Source: Ginglymostoma cirratum (Eukaryota). Taken from it: a DNA stretch of 64,000 nucleotides. Shown piece after piece: positions 1 through 12,345 of the stretch. The notes below the pieces were generated by a model. That model searched no databases. It saw only the letters and a program-made list of their open reading frames with translations, and was not told the origin of the DNA. Position 1 is the stretch's first letter, and each line of letters opens with the position of its first letter. The stretch lies in NCBI GenBank assembly GCA_024137785.1, contig JAHRHZ010000002.1, positions 636,841 to 700,840 of the forward strand. Reading direction: 5' to 3'. Position numbers and translations under genes: made by a program.

Positions 1-106
1 ACCCTTCATCAGATTTCTGATGAAGGGTTTAGGCCCGAAACGTCAAGTTTTCCTGCTCCTATGATGCTGCTTGACCTGCTGTGTTCATCCAGCCCCATGC
101 TTGTTA
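1..106 (+). mobile_element. Short non-autonomous PLE-tail element (hammerhead-bearing), with an inverted partial copy at the window edge
   Basis: 13-106 matches the 3' tail of the Neptune element (52998-53126 minus; 57324-57359); 1-13 ACCCTTCATCAGA is the reverse complement of 16-28. Confidence 0.85.
13..48 (+). ncRNA. Minimal type I hammerhead ribozyme motif
   Basis: ATTT-CTGATGA-A-GGGT(TTAG)GCCC-GAAAC-GTC|AAGT: intact core, stem II GGGU/GCCC, stem I AUUU/AAGU, palindromic ACGU in place of stem III. Confidence 0.75.
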
Positions 107-117
107 ACCCTGTATCT

Positions 118-471
118 ACCTGTTGTTTCTGTGACAGGCATCGCCAGACTCAACTTTTTTGGGCATCCGTTGTCTCTAAATATTTGGTGGAGGTATTCTT
201 CATTTTGGCGTAGTTCTGGGTTATTGTAATCTGTTTTGCATCGTTTGAACAGTGTGTTTACGCAACTCCGTTTGTCGTTGTTGGGTTGGTTACTGTTGAA
301 ATTTAGGCCTTGATGCGTGCGTGTTGCCTTCCTGTGTACTTTGGTCAGAAATTCCCCGTTGGCCTTGCGTTCTACCGTTACGTCCAGGAATGGGCGCTGT
401 TTGTTCTTTTCTTCTTCTCTGGTGAATTTGATGCCGGGGAAAATGTTGTTTATAAGTTGGTGTTTCTTTCT
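118..471 (-). mobile_element. Penelope/Poseidon-type PLE, RT C-terminal segment (inverted part)
   Basis: Minus frame reads HQLINNIFPGIKFTREEEKNKQRPFLDVTVERKANGEFLTKVHRKATRTHQGLNFNS...KRSCVNTLFKRC, typical of the PLE RT thumb region. Confidence 0.8.
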
Positions 472-1026
472 GGCATCAAAGTAACACGTAATCCAACATC
501 AACCCTACACCAGCTGCTAATAAGAACCAAAAACCCCTTACCCGCTATGGACAGAACAAACGTAATATACAAGATTCCATGCAAGGACTGCGACAGACAT
601 TACATTGGACAGACAGGAAGAAAACTGTCTACGAGAATACATGAACACCAGCTCGCAACAAAAAAAGAAAACACGACCAATGCTCACTCGTCTCCATACA
701 CACAGACAAGGAGAATCACCACTTCGATTGGGACAAGTCAAGATCCTAGGACAAGCCAAACAGAGGCAAGCACGGGAATTTCGAGAGGACTGGTTGTCCA
801 CGAAGAAGGCCATCGATAAAGACGTACAATTAGATCCTATATACACACCACTGCAAAGGAAAACCGGAAATGAGGTAATTAACTCCAAAAGACCCCAGAG
901 TTTAAACAACTAGCGGGAAATCACAACAACGCTTCATCGGAGGCTGTACTGCTGATGTTACCCAGCAAGGTAATTAAACGTCTGCAATCTAACGAAGCAG
1001 CAGGGCGAGCGAACCAACCACAGCCA
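472..1026 (+). mobile_element. Penelope/Poseidon-type PLE, GIY-YIG endonuclease (frameshifted) plus 3' tail with degenerate hammerhead (945-986)
   Basis: NVIYKIPCKDCDRHYIGQTGRKLSTRIHEH; frameshifts near 660-730; tail TGTA-CTGCTGA-T-GTTACC..GGTAAT-TAAACGTC-TGCA. Confidence 0.85.
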
Positions 1027-1039
1027 AAAAAAAGCTTTG

Positions 1040-2330
1040 TTTTTTTTCAATGGGGTAAGTTGTTCTTTAGCCTATTTGGTAGATGTTTTTAAAGCAATAA
1101 CAAAGAAGGTTGATGATGTTATGCTGTTGATTCAGTGTATATGGACATTAAAAGGTATTGGATATAATGGTGCACGCAGACAGCGGAACAAATTTATAGT
1201 TGATGGAACAGGAGGGACAGCAGCAATATGCATAAGGAACTGGCTCTGACACACCGTACACAGAATAGTGGTGAACGGATGTTTTACAATCTGGAGGACA
1301 TATTGTAGAGGAATTCCACAGGGATCTTTTCTTTCCAGATGTACCACTTAATCCTTGTTGAAGAGGGAACAGCTGAACATTTGCGAATTAAATAAAATTT
1401 GGAAAATGTTTAGAACTGTGAGGAGAATAGTGTAGCACTTCGCAAAGACAGAGGCAAATTGGGAAATGAGACGGAAATGGCAGGCGCGGTTCAGTCTGGA
1501 AAAAGCTGTGATGTCTCACTTGTTTCTGGCACGAATGAGAGTTCATGCTAAATAAAGTGCCCAAGTCGAAAAGTGGGTATGGGAACAGAGGGATCTGTGT
1601 ATGCATGGGCATCCATCGTTAAATGTGGCAGGACAGGTTGATAGACTGATTGACAGGTTGATTCACCAGAGTTAAGAAAAAGTTAAGTCTGACGACGTTT
1701 GCTGAAGCAGTAATTGTAAGGAAAGTTTATAGTAACATTAAAATATTTGGGAAAATCTGTTATGTCATTGGTTAATAGAGTATACAACGGCCAACAATTT
1801 ATTAATAGAGACGTTGAGCCTCAAAGCAACGAGGTCTTGTTGAATTTGTACAAGACAGGAGTTTGGCTTGAGCAAGAATATTGCATCCACCTCTGAGAGT
1901 CACATTTTTGGAAGAACGTGATGGCCTTGGAGAGAGGTTGATGGAAACCGTTACAGGAATTTAGAAACTTCATTTGTTGAAGTACTTTGGCGAGATTAGT
2001 TCCCTGAAACAAGCGAAGACTGGGAGGAAATTTGACAGAGTTTATATGGTCATGAGAAACATGGCCCTGGACAGGGAAAGGATTCAGAATGGCAGAATAC
2101 ATACAGAATTTGCGGTTATTAGCAGAAACATAATACAGGATAAGAAAAAAATACTGTAATATGTCAAGAGGTTCCTGTCTAGAATGCTCTGCCTCAGGGT
2201 ATAGGAGGTAAGTGAAATAGAAGTATTCAAAAGAGAGAAATGTAGCAGGTTTGCTGCCCTTTCAGAGTAACCATGATGAGACGTGATGAGCCGAATGGGC
2301 GCCTCTTGCGATGAACCACTTCTGTGAGCA
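1040..2330 (+). mobile_element. Degenerate CR1 LINE, RT 3' half and tail
   Basis: Remnants colinear with the CR1 ORF2s at 47650-48900 and 60770-61770; tail GCCGAATGG..CCTCT. Confidence 0.7.
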
Positions 2331-2761
2331 CATTCTCACACACAGGGCGTTGAAAATGTCAACCTCTCCAGCGATGAATTTGAAAATGTTCAGGCGCGTC
2401 TAGAGTTTTCAGAACTGTGAAGGAGACATTATGCAAATTGAAGACATTAATGAATAAAGGACAGCATCGGGGGAAATGCTCGTCAGGGAGATCTGTGTGA
2501 ATTGCAGGAGATGGGAACGGGCTGAATGTCCAACTAGTGGATTCATGGTATTTATGTTCTGGATCCTGACCTTCTGTTAGTTGTCAGTGGAAGGATCAGT
2601 CTGAAAATAACGGATAATAATAGAAAATAACAAACACAATAGAAACCGGTACCCGCACTAAGGCGTAGAGGATCACGGGGGAATGTAGATCTCCAGAGAT
2701 TCGGTTTCAAATCTGTCAGAATGTCTTTCTTATCAAAACCTTTAGATATAAATCAGACACA

Positions 2762-2905
2762 GTAAGAACTGCCGATTCTGGAGTCTGAGATAACACAGTA
2801 TGGAGCTGGAGGAACACAGCGGGTCCCGACTCGAAACGTCAGCTTTCCTGTTCTTCTGATGCTGCCTGGCCTGCTCTGTTCCTCCAGCTCCACACTGTGT
2901 TATCT
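2762..2905. mobile_element. Fold-back copy of the PLE-tail element
   Basis: AGATAACACAGTATGGAGCTGGAGGAACACAGC ... GCTCTGTTCCTCCAGCTCCACACTGTGTTATCT inverted arms around a GGGTCCCGACTCGAAACGTC ribozyme remnant. Confidence 0.75.
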
Positions 2906-3770
2906 TTAGATATGGATGGTATTTCTGAGAACATTTGCTGCTTTCAAAAATGTCAATTTCACTCGGAAGGCTTTTTCTTTGTTTTTCACAAATGTGTCAA
3001 AAACCACAAACTCCAGTTTGTTTTTTTTACCAATTTAATTCCAATTAGTAGGGTAAATTCTCCCGCCAAAAGTCATGAAGGTTCAACCCAGTAACAGTTC
3101 AAACTCCCAGATTGAAATGGGAGAATCTCCATCACTGAGAGCAGTGTAAATCCATGTTGGAGAATTTTTGGAATGCCGTTGATTTAACAGCGGTTAACCG
3201 TGTCACAAAACAAGGAAAATTCAGTTTAAGGTATAAGCGTGAAGATACAATTAGATACAATCCGTGCATTGTTGGACACAAATACGATCAAGTTTACTCT
3301 AATCTTCGCGCTGTTGCATTGGAAACTCTCGCACACTCAATTTGGATGTAATGAGTTAGACACAAACAAAACACGAAGGGAATTGGCTGCTTGTCCTAAT
3401 CACGAGAAGTAATGCCAATTCTGCAGTTGCTGTCTGATCCGAAGGGAGATTTTTCTCAATTATACACAACAGTTTTCTCTCATTCCTCGTCTCACAGTCA
3501 GGTGGAGCGCAGTATCCAGGGAAAAGAAACAGCATCACTTCTCGGTCACAATGAGAGTTCCTCTAGACTCCTACCCATTACCGGGTGATCGCCAATTGTG
3601 CAGGCTGTAATGACATATTATCCGATTAAAGCAGCGTATGGTTTCCTTGGTCAGTGATCATATTCAGTTGCTAACTGTATAAATCAGGGATGACTGTGTT
3701 TCTGTTCTGATCTCGGACACTCTGTTTCAATGTGTCTTTTTCTCTCACTATCCCGAAAGCAGAAATCCAC

Positions 3771-3806
3771 TAACCCTAACCCTAACCCTAACCCTAACCC
3801 TAACCC
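3771..3806 (-). repeat. Interstitial telomeric repeat (TTAGGG)6
   Basis: Six perfect TAACCC units on the plus strand. Confidence 0.95.
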
Positions 3807-4139
3807 TTCCACTGTCCCCGGTCACTAGTGCATCATGCGTTGTCTTTTAAATAACGTTCATTCACCTCTCCAGTAAAGACTGTGGATTTGTTTTGCTTCT
3901 TTTCCGGTTTGAAATTTGGGTCAGCTTTAATGCAGAGTCCAGTCTCTGATATAATGAAATACTTTAAATTATTTTTGTCACCAATGTGTTCTCAGTCACT
4001 TCTTTTTCAGCCGTCTGGGAACTCTATTCTCTTCAGCCCGTGAGGGTAAGTTGGTCTCTGTCCCCTCCCGAAATCCCTGCAGCCAGACCAGAGAGAATGT
4101 TGCTTCTCCCTCAATATCAGAATTTTATCTTCAGACATG

Positions 4140-4490
4140 TTTTCTTTATTCTGCATCGCCAGCTGACCAAAATTTATTGCCCAACCTTAGTTGGTCCTCG
4201 AGAATTTAGTAGTGAGCTGCCTTCTTGAACCGCCACAGTCCATGTGCCAGCAGTAGACCCACAATGCTATTAGGGTGGGAATTCTAAGATTTTAACTAAG
4301 CAGACACTGAACGAACGGTAATATATTCCCAAATCAGCATGGCGAGCGGATTGGAGGCGAAATTGCAGTGGTCATGTTCCCACGTATCAGCTGCAATTGC
4401 CCTTCTAGATGACGATGCTGATGTGTTGAAAATATTCTGTACAAGGAAGTTTGGTGAAATTCAGTAGTGCGACGTTTAGATAGTACACAA
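4140..4490 (-). mobile_element. 3' end of the APE-RT LINE family also seen at 43535-44800
   Basis: ATTTATTGCCCA..GTGAGCTGCCTTCTTGAACCGC..CAGTCCATGTG..CCCACAATGCT colinear with 43575-43900. Confidence 0.7.
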
Positions 4491-4689
4491 AGCTTAAGAC
4501 ACATTTTTCGAAGTAGATTACTAGCAGGAAAAGTAAAGTATGGCTGCAAGTGAGGCAGAAAAGAACAGCCAGAGGCAGGAGCGCACAGATCTTAGTTTGT
4601 TTCGATGAGAGTGAGGGTTGCAGCTTGCATGTACCTACTGACCAAGGTATTGTGGGATAGGAAGCAATTCAAGTCGGGAGAAAAGGAAT

Positions 4690-6345
4690 GCAGCGGCCTG
4701 AGGAACAGAATAGTGAGGAGCATTGACACTGCTCTCTGTAACAAAAAGTGTCAGTCCAAAAGGCTGTCCTGGAACAGAGCCCATCTGCTTTGGGCTAGAG
4801 ATGAAACTACAGTCGGAGGAGTAGAGTCGAGACTTCCTGATAATGTCGGAACCAACGAGATTGGAATACATGAAAGGAGAATCTGCACGTTCAGCGTGAG
4901 GAGCTAGACCACAAAGTGTAAGCAAGAACCTCAAAGAAAACATGACCATTGCTCCCCTCCAGCTTTTAGTCATAACCGCTGATCTGTGAATATAGCCTGG
5001 CAATTTGAAGCATTTATTTTCACGAGGTATTCACGCGCTTTGGCTGATGAAGGATCCACATACAAACAGAGGGAGCTGTACTCGACCTAACTTTAGGAAA
5101 TAAAGGTTGACGAATGTTTGAAGTATCGTTTGGGATGTATTTTGCAGACAGCAATACAAATCATTTGGGAGAAGCTGATTTTAATAAGATGAGATTTTAT
5201 TTGGACAGACTGGAATGGAAGCAGATACTTTCAGTAAATCTGTCTCAGAACAGTGGGATGCCTTCAAGGGAACATGGGGAATATAACGCCAGCATGTTCC
5301 AAGAAGTAGATGGTGATATTTAAGAGGTGATTTTTTTTTTCTGACTGGAAATCTGTGTTTATCGGGGTCCCACAGGCCCTCAGTGATGGGACATTGTTGT
5401 TTCTGTTTCATGTAAATAATTTAGACTTGATGTAGGAAGGTTGATCAGAAAGTTCACACATCATAGAAAATTTGTTGCAGTGCTGAATAGTGAATCTTAG
5501 ATTTCAGAAAAATGTAGCTGGACTGGCCAATCCGACTGATCAGCAGCAAATGTAATTCAATCCAAGTAAATGTGAGGTGATACATTCGAACAGCACAAAC
5601 AAGGCAAGTGAAAACATGATGAACTGTTAGATTCGGGTAGCATTGAGGATCATATTAACCTTGGTGCGCACGCCCACCATTCCCTTAAGGTATCAGGACA
5701 GGTGGGAAAAGTTGTTAAGAAGATATACAGCATACTTTCCTTTATGAGCCAACGCTATGATTATAACAGCAGAGTGGTTACGTTGAAACTGTAAATCACT
5801 TGACCACAACTAGGGTATTGTGTGCAGTTCTGGAATCCATGTTATAACAGGGATGTGATTGCACTGGTGAGAAGTGTGAAAAGGAGATTTGCAAGGATGT
5901 ACCCCAGCGGGAGAGTTTCAGTTGTAAGGGCAAATGGACAGACTGAGATTGTCTTCCTTAAAGTAATCAATATTGAGAGGGATATGATTGAAATGTATCA
6001 AATAATGATAAGCATAGATCTGCTCGACGTGAAAAATAAACTTCCCTTAGTGGAGAAATCAATGAGCAGTGAGATAGATGTAAGTTAAGAGTAGAAGGTT
6101 TAGATGGATGTGAGGAAAAACCTTTTTTTCACACAGAAGGTGGCGGAATATGGAACTTGTTGCCTATAATGGTGTTAGAAGAAGAAACCGTCGTGACATT
6201 TTAGAAGTCTTCAGATGTGAACTTGCAAAGCCAAGAAATACAAGTGAGCCAAATGCTGTAAAATAGGATAAAATAATTAGGTGATTGTTTTTGATCAGCA
6301 AAGAGGCATGCGTCTTCTTCTGTGTTGTAGATCTCTATATCCCTC
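4690..6345 (+). mobile_element. Old, internally deleted CR1 LINE (ORF1 esterase remnant, ORF2 remnants, tail)
   Basis: RIVRSID..VGTNEIG (cf. GDSIIRGTD..HIGTNDIG at 45380-45560); CVQFWNP remnant near 5820. Confidence 0.7.
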
Positions 6346-6807
6346 TGACTCGACAGAATATTGAGTGATTTCGTTCTTTGTATTTTAAATTAATCGAATC
6401 AGTTTTTTTTTCTGTTTTCCTTACAATATTTTTTGGCTCAATATCTTGTTGTTCATTTACTCAGATAGTAAATTGGCTTCAAATTTCCTGGCGTCTCCGA
6501 TATATTTAAGACACATATTTCAGTTGCAGGATATAGGGAGAAGCTCTTGGGATTCCTTTTTCAAAACCATTTGGATCCTTTCAAGCCCTGCAGGGAAGGT
6601 CCTTATTTTATGTGTCAAATTTCTTTTCTTCTATAGAAAATTGATGCCATCATCACTTCACTTGCGTAATTCTAATCCATGCAATATTCAGATCCCATCA
6701 CGAAATCCAGAACTAAATTACACTTCATACAAAAATACTGTGAAACGGACTCATTTCTTCATCCCATGGATATTTTCCGGTTTTTGCTTTATTTTATCAT
6801 TTAACAG

Positions 6808-7735
6808 CTAACGTCATAAATGCTGTGATGCTATGCTGGGGAAATGTAATCTCTCCAGTTGTTTCACTCGCTACTTGCTAGCAATGACATCGGTAGATCT
6901 ACTGACTCTTATCACTGTTGTGATAATTCGGAGGATTGATGATTTTATTTCCCACATACACGTCTGTTCCTCACCACTGTTTGTTCTGCTAACTACCTGC
7001 TAGTTCGTGCAGCCACCGACATTTCTGTCTGGTTAACAATTATGTTCACTTTTGATCATTTTACTATCATTTGCTGCCAGAAGCTGAGGGTCAGATATTG
7101 GACTGAGAAAACTGCAGCTGTGGTTATAGAACTGTCTGTCTGTTGTTCTGCTTCAAGAACATTCCCTTCTACTTTGCATTTGGGCCGTACTTTACAATGG
7201 ACAACATAGATTGGGGCTGCAAGTTTAAGTTGGAATATTACACTGAAACTGGATGGGTCGGATTTGGCTGGTTTGATCGCTGTTTGAACTCACTGCTCCC
7301 AATCTTTCTGATCTTGCTGCTCAATGTTATGACCGTGGGATACATCTTAACAGCTATTAGAATCCGCAGGAGGATGAGAAGGAGAAAGGATGATGTGGAG
7401 AGGAATGATCCAGAGATGGAGAAGCGAAGGAAATTTATCATCTTATTCTTCCTTATATCTTGAAACTTTAACCTTTTATGGATGACATATGTGACATATT
7501 TCTTCTTAATGCAACTTACAAAATATTATTAACAAAAAGATTTCAATGACCCGGTGCTGAGCACAGATGTTACTAGCTTTATGCTCCTACTTTTGAGCTG
7601 CTGCATACGCACATGTCTTTATGCAGTGACCCAGGCTAAGTTCAAGAGGAACTGAAATATCCATTCAGAACAATATCCGAATTTTTGAAACTCTGCAAAA
7701 AACAAAGGGAAATAATCAGCACATGTATCCCATAA
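6808..7735 (+). pseudogene. Class A GPCR pseudogene, GPR139/GPR142-like (family expanded in cartilaginous fish); main coding exon, TM1 end to TM7
   Basis: Acceptor TTAACAG|6808; conceptual translation ANVINAVML..CNLSSCFTRYLLAMTSVDLL..AATDISVWLTIMFTFDHFTIICCQKLRVRYWTEKTAAVVI..KNIPFYF..DPEMEKRRKFIILFF..LLLLSCCIRTCLYAVTQAKF; frameshifts near 6843, 6947, 7129, 7645; in-frame stops 7461-7463 and 7530-7532. Confidence 0.85.
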
Positions 7736-8249
7736 CCCGTTCAGTATCCTCTCTGGGTCCAGCCTGAATTCAACAGGCTCTATCTCACACCTACTCTGCT
7801 CTATTTATAACACTGACCATATCCGATAATGTCTCCAGTTCCCACGTCTGTAACGGTGACGAGAGTTCAGGACATAACATAAGCCAAATGGTTAATGAGC
7901 ATCGCCATTCCTGTTGGTTAGCTTAGAAGGTGGTTATCTACGAAGAGGCTAAAAAGTGTTCGATAATCGAATAGCACCTATTCATAGACTTATTCACAGA
8001 AAATACATTGTATAATGCTTTGATAACAATGCTTTCTGCAGACATGTCAATTGACAATGTCGTCAACCTGAATACAGGGTAATAAAGTTATTGGATCAAA
8101 CGATAGTTGTTTTAAAGTAAAATAATGAATTGCAAATTTTTCGAATCTGGTGACCCTTCTTTCGAACTCTTTCTCTACGACGTTGCCACACCTGATGTGA
8201 TTCTCCAGCAATGTCTGTTTTTGTTTAGTTGTTTCAAAATGTTTGAAAT

Positions 8250-9062
8250 CTGTCTGCTGTCTATGTGACCTGGACAAGTTCGGTGATTGCAGAAATCCAT
8301 GGTAGATGAAGTATAATGCGAACAAATGTGGGATTAACCATTTTGGTTATCACAAAAGGAGGGCAGATTATTGCGCAAATGGCGACAGATAGCAAAAAGG
8401 ACTGAAAGTAAGCTTGCAGGAACAGCAGGCGGTGAAGACGGCAAATGGAGATTAGCCTTTATCGTGAGAGTGATCGCTTACAGGAGCAGGCAAGTCTTGC
8501 TCAGCTTGTACAGGACCTTAGTGAGACCACGTCTGGAATATTGCAACCATTTTCGTTTCTTAATCTGCAAAAGGATATCGTGACTATGAAGGGAGTGCAA
8601 TAATGTTTACCACACTGATTTCTCTGATGGCAGGACTTATGTATGAAGAGACACTGCATCGTTGACAAGATTTCACTGATGTTTCAACAAATAGGGAGGG
8701 ATCCCACAGAAGCCTCTGGCAGGAAAGTACTAGATAGGGTAAAGGCAAGAAAGATACTCCCGATGTCGAATAAGTTCACAACCAGTCACAGACGAAAGAT
8801 GCTGGAGAGGCCATTTCGGACTGAGATGAGGAGAAATTTCTTCATCCACAGAGAGATGAGTCTCTGGAATTCCCTGCTACGGCATTGAAAATTTTCAAAA
8901 AAGAGTCATATATACTTCTTAGGAATAAAGAGATCACAGTGTGAGTGAAGAAATCGTCAAAAGGATGCTGATCCAAATGATCAGTCATTATCATATTGAA
9001 TGGTAGAACAGATCTGAAAGGTTGAATTGTTTAATCCTGCTCCTTTTTGTTCATGCTTCTAT
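8250..9062 (+). mobile_element. CR1 LINE 3' fragment
   Basis: LAFIVRVIAYRSRQVLLSLYRTLVRPRLEYC; FRTEMRRNFF..LWNSL; tail CCTGCTCCT..TTCTATG. Confidence 0.8.
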
Positions 9063-9419
9063 GTAACAATGACCACGTGGCATTTCCCAGAGAGCTCAGG
9101 TTTATAAGATAGCATATCAGTTTTATGATTGAATGAACTGTATTACTATTGTGGAATTCAAAGTTACCTGTACTGCGCCCAATCTGGCAGGAATGCCCTC
9201 TGACCCCACTCCCTGTACACCCTGGGTTGCAACATTGAATTAAACGTTGTCCCCAGTTACTGATATAGCCAACGATATAATGTATCCACAACAAGTTTAA
9301 AAAGATAAATTCATCAAACAGATTTATGTAATAAACAACAAAGTTGATCATTTATCGTGAAAAGAATACGTAAGGTGATTAATAAGGTTTGAAATATGAA
9401 ATTATAAATATCAACATTT

Positions 9420-9575
9420 TAAATACTTCAAAGCATGCACTTACACAAAAAACATGCACAAAAGCACGTAAATGCATAGACAGAAACACACACAGATACA
9501 GAGACACAATGTCTCTAACACACAAATGGACACACGCAAACACACGTACAGAAACACACGCATACAAACATTCAA
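9420..9575. repeat. Degenerate (CA/GA)-rich low-complexity tract
   Basis: ACACACAGATACAGAGACAC-type units. Confidence 0.6.
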
Positions 9576-10238
9576 GAAAAGCAGAAGGCTGATTTTCCTC
9601 AAAGGTTTACTTCCTGAGGAAAAGATGAAAATATGTGTGTAATGATCAGATGGCTGTCACTCTGACATCTGGGCTCGTGTGCGCAGGTCACTAATACTGA
9701 CGGTCATATCTGAGATCTTTGCACACGCCGTCATACAGGAAACAATGAAGCAAAGCCCCGCGAAGGCTTCTCACGAAAACAGCTTGATCAGGCTTCCAGC
9801 TGGCATGCCGCGCGTGTAACAAGAAATTTTTTTTTGACAGAAACTGGAGAGGTGAGTTGGGACCTTTTCTTTTTCGCAAGGTCGGATATAAACCGGCACT
9901 ACTAACTCCAAAACATTGTTTAACCGGAAACTAGGTCTATTGCAATCATAAAATACAGGCAGGTAACTTCCAACACTGTCTGAATCCATGTGCCTTCCGT
10001 GAAATATCTTGTTGAAAACAAAAGTTCCCAAGTCCAAAGTGAACCTTTCAGCGACTCAAAGGAAAACAATTCAGTCCAACGGGATACATCTAATTGACAG
10101 ATTTCCAAATATGTGAAAATGGAAGAGAAATTGCTGTTAACAAAACTATTTCCAGCATTTTGTTATTAAACTTACAAAACCAAACTGATATATGGGGCTC
10201 TCTTTTTGTACTCTTTGAAAGAAAGTAACTGTAATGAT

Positions 10239-10464
10239 TGTAACGAGGTCAGCCAGGTGGATCTCATTGAATATGAGTTGTCTGATTAGGGCTGTTAACC
10301 TGTTCCAATTAACGTGTCGTGGCAGACAGATATAAACAAGAATGTCGGAGGTTCTGCAAATTCTTGGAACCGGTTCTGTGCCAGCTGTCTCGGTGTCGGT
10401 CCTATGCACGTGTAAATAAAGGGTGACTTGGTGACGGGATACCGGCCTTCATGGAGTTGTTTGT
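10239..10464 (+). mobile_element. Probable solo LTR (Gypsy-like)
   Basis: Starts TGTAACG, internal GATATAAA (~10330) and AATAAA (10415-10420), ~225 bp; right terminus eroded, no clear TSD. Confidence 0.55.
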
Positions 10465-12137
10465 GGCTCTTTCTTCTTCAGAAATTACTGTGCAAATGAC
10501 AGCTACGTTACAAGAATCACAGAACTCAAGGATGAAACCTAACTGCTGGCCAATACGAATAGAGAATACTGTATTAAATATAGCAAATATCCTTTAATGG
10601 CCACGAAATCTGAGCTCCAGAAAACAAACCATTCAACACTAACGGTCTTCATGGCAGTAGATCTTAAACTGAGCCACAGAAACTTACTTTCGCTCTTTAT
10701 TTCAGGCCTGTGGTATGTTTCACCTATCAGACAGGAATCCTGCTGCATTATCTTACAGAAAGATGCGATCACATGGAAACACTGTGAGAGAGTGGCAACA
10801 ATTTAAAAAGAATATATATTTCGTCAATTGATCAGCATAATTCAATTGTTTGATTATTACACGTGTCATGCGCGGTGTGGCTCAGTGGGTGCACAGGGCG
10901 CAGCCGACAGCAGCCTCAGCGAGAGCGCATGCGGCTCTCGTCAGGTTCGCGTCACAGCTTGGGGAGTATCAGCACGATCAGTGCCTGGGCTTGTCACCGC
11001 AGGAGATAACGTGGTTTCCTATCCGCGGTGTATTGTGGAGACAGCGGACGCCGTTACTCCTCGTTTGTCTATAAATGTTATACTGCAAAATGACACAAAA
11101 TCACATACCTTCGATGTTAATGACCTTTCCCTTCTCCACTAATGTTCTCTGACCTGCTGAGTATTACCGTGTTTTCTCAGATTCAATTGAAATTCTCAAC
11201 ATCTCAGTATTTTGATTTTATTTCTGGCACGCATTATTCACAGGCCCTGGTCCAGAAGCACAGACTGATCGATTGCAAGTCGATTTGCACTTGGGTGGCC
11301 TTTGAATACAGGAATAGATACTCGGCGTTTATTGGAATTATTTATCAGTTTGAGATGGATAGATGGGTGTGGAGCTGCTATGTTCAACAGGTGGGGCTCT
11401 CTTCGGAGATTCGGATGGGCCGAATGGCCTCTTTGTCCGCATTGCAGTGCTTCTTCGATGATCCTCTCAGATTCAATTTACGATGAACTCGAGGCATATA
11501 TTGTAGATATTTCTTCCATTTCCTGGGACTGTCAATGAACTTCCTGTCCTCATACGTCTGCAGCTATCCGGCCGCCTGTCCGACGCAAACTCTCTTCAGC
11601 AACTGAGACACCTGCCAAGATCCAGTCTTTTCTGCTCAGTCTATATTGTGCTCTTAGTCTCCCCCTTTGCATTTCTTATTCATTCGAACGATACTTGGAA
11701 ATAACAATTGATTTTCTCCTTTCGATGAAAAGTTTTGAAGTGAGTGGACAATAAGTTCGAAAAAGATCTTTTGTCCGGCAGTCCTGAGTTTGAATGCTGG
11801 AAGTAATGACGTATTACTGAGCTCTGAGTTCCATGATTGATATGCAGGATTTGTGGGGGGGGGGGGGGGGCCCTCGAGTCCTAGTGACCTCAAAATTTCT
11901 GACGATGCTTCATTTACTTTCATCCTCTCTAAATCATATGTAGACCTTAAGTGTACAATAACACATACTTCCACCTTTTCTATACTTTAGTGCTTATTGT
12001 AACCTCTTCACCAAAACTCCATCTTCGGCAGGCAGTGTATTTGCAATTTGCTGCAGGGACACAGTTCTGCAGCAACTGATGTCTGGCACCCTCGTCGCAT
12101 GTTTCAAGTTGTGGAAAGTATTTTTCCTGCAAATTTC

Positions 12138-12345
12138 ACTTTTTAATCCATAAAATATATTAGCAAATAGTATCTCCAAACTAGCTTTGCAAAAATTGTA
12201 AGAGTTGTATTTCATTCAGTATATTCTGTGTCACTCTGAAGTTTTACTTTTTAATCCATAAAATGTATTAATAAATGGGGTCTCAAAACTGGCGATGCAC
12301 AAAATTGTAAGTCACACTTCTTTTAGTACATTCTGTGCCACTGCG
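12138..12345. repeat. Diverged tandem duplication, ~109-bp unit
   Basis: ACTTTTTAATCCATAAAAT..AAAATTGTAAG..TTCTGTG at 12138-12240 and 12247-12345. Confidence 0.8.

Noticed and set aside
3356-3700. Possible leader exon/promoter (MLFLFPGYCAPPD, GTTGCTAAC motif)
   Set aside because: No true ATG-initiated hydrophobic stretch and no partner exons found
11855-11870. Poly-G run as a functional G-quadruplex
   Set aside because: Simple homopolymer, length unreliable, no supporting context
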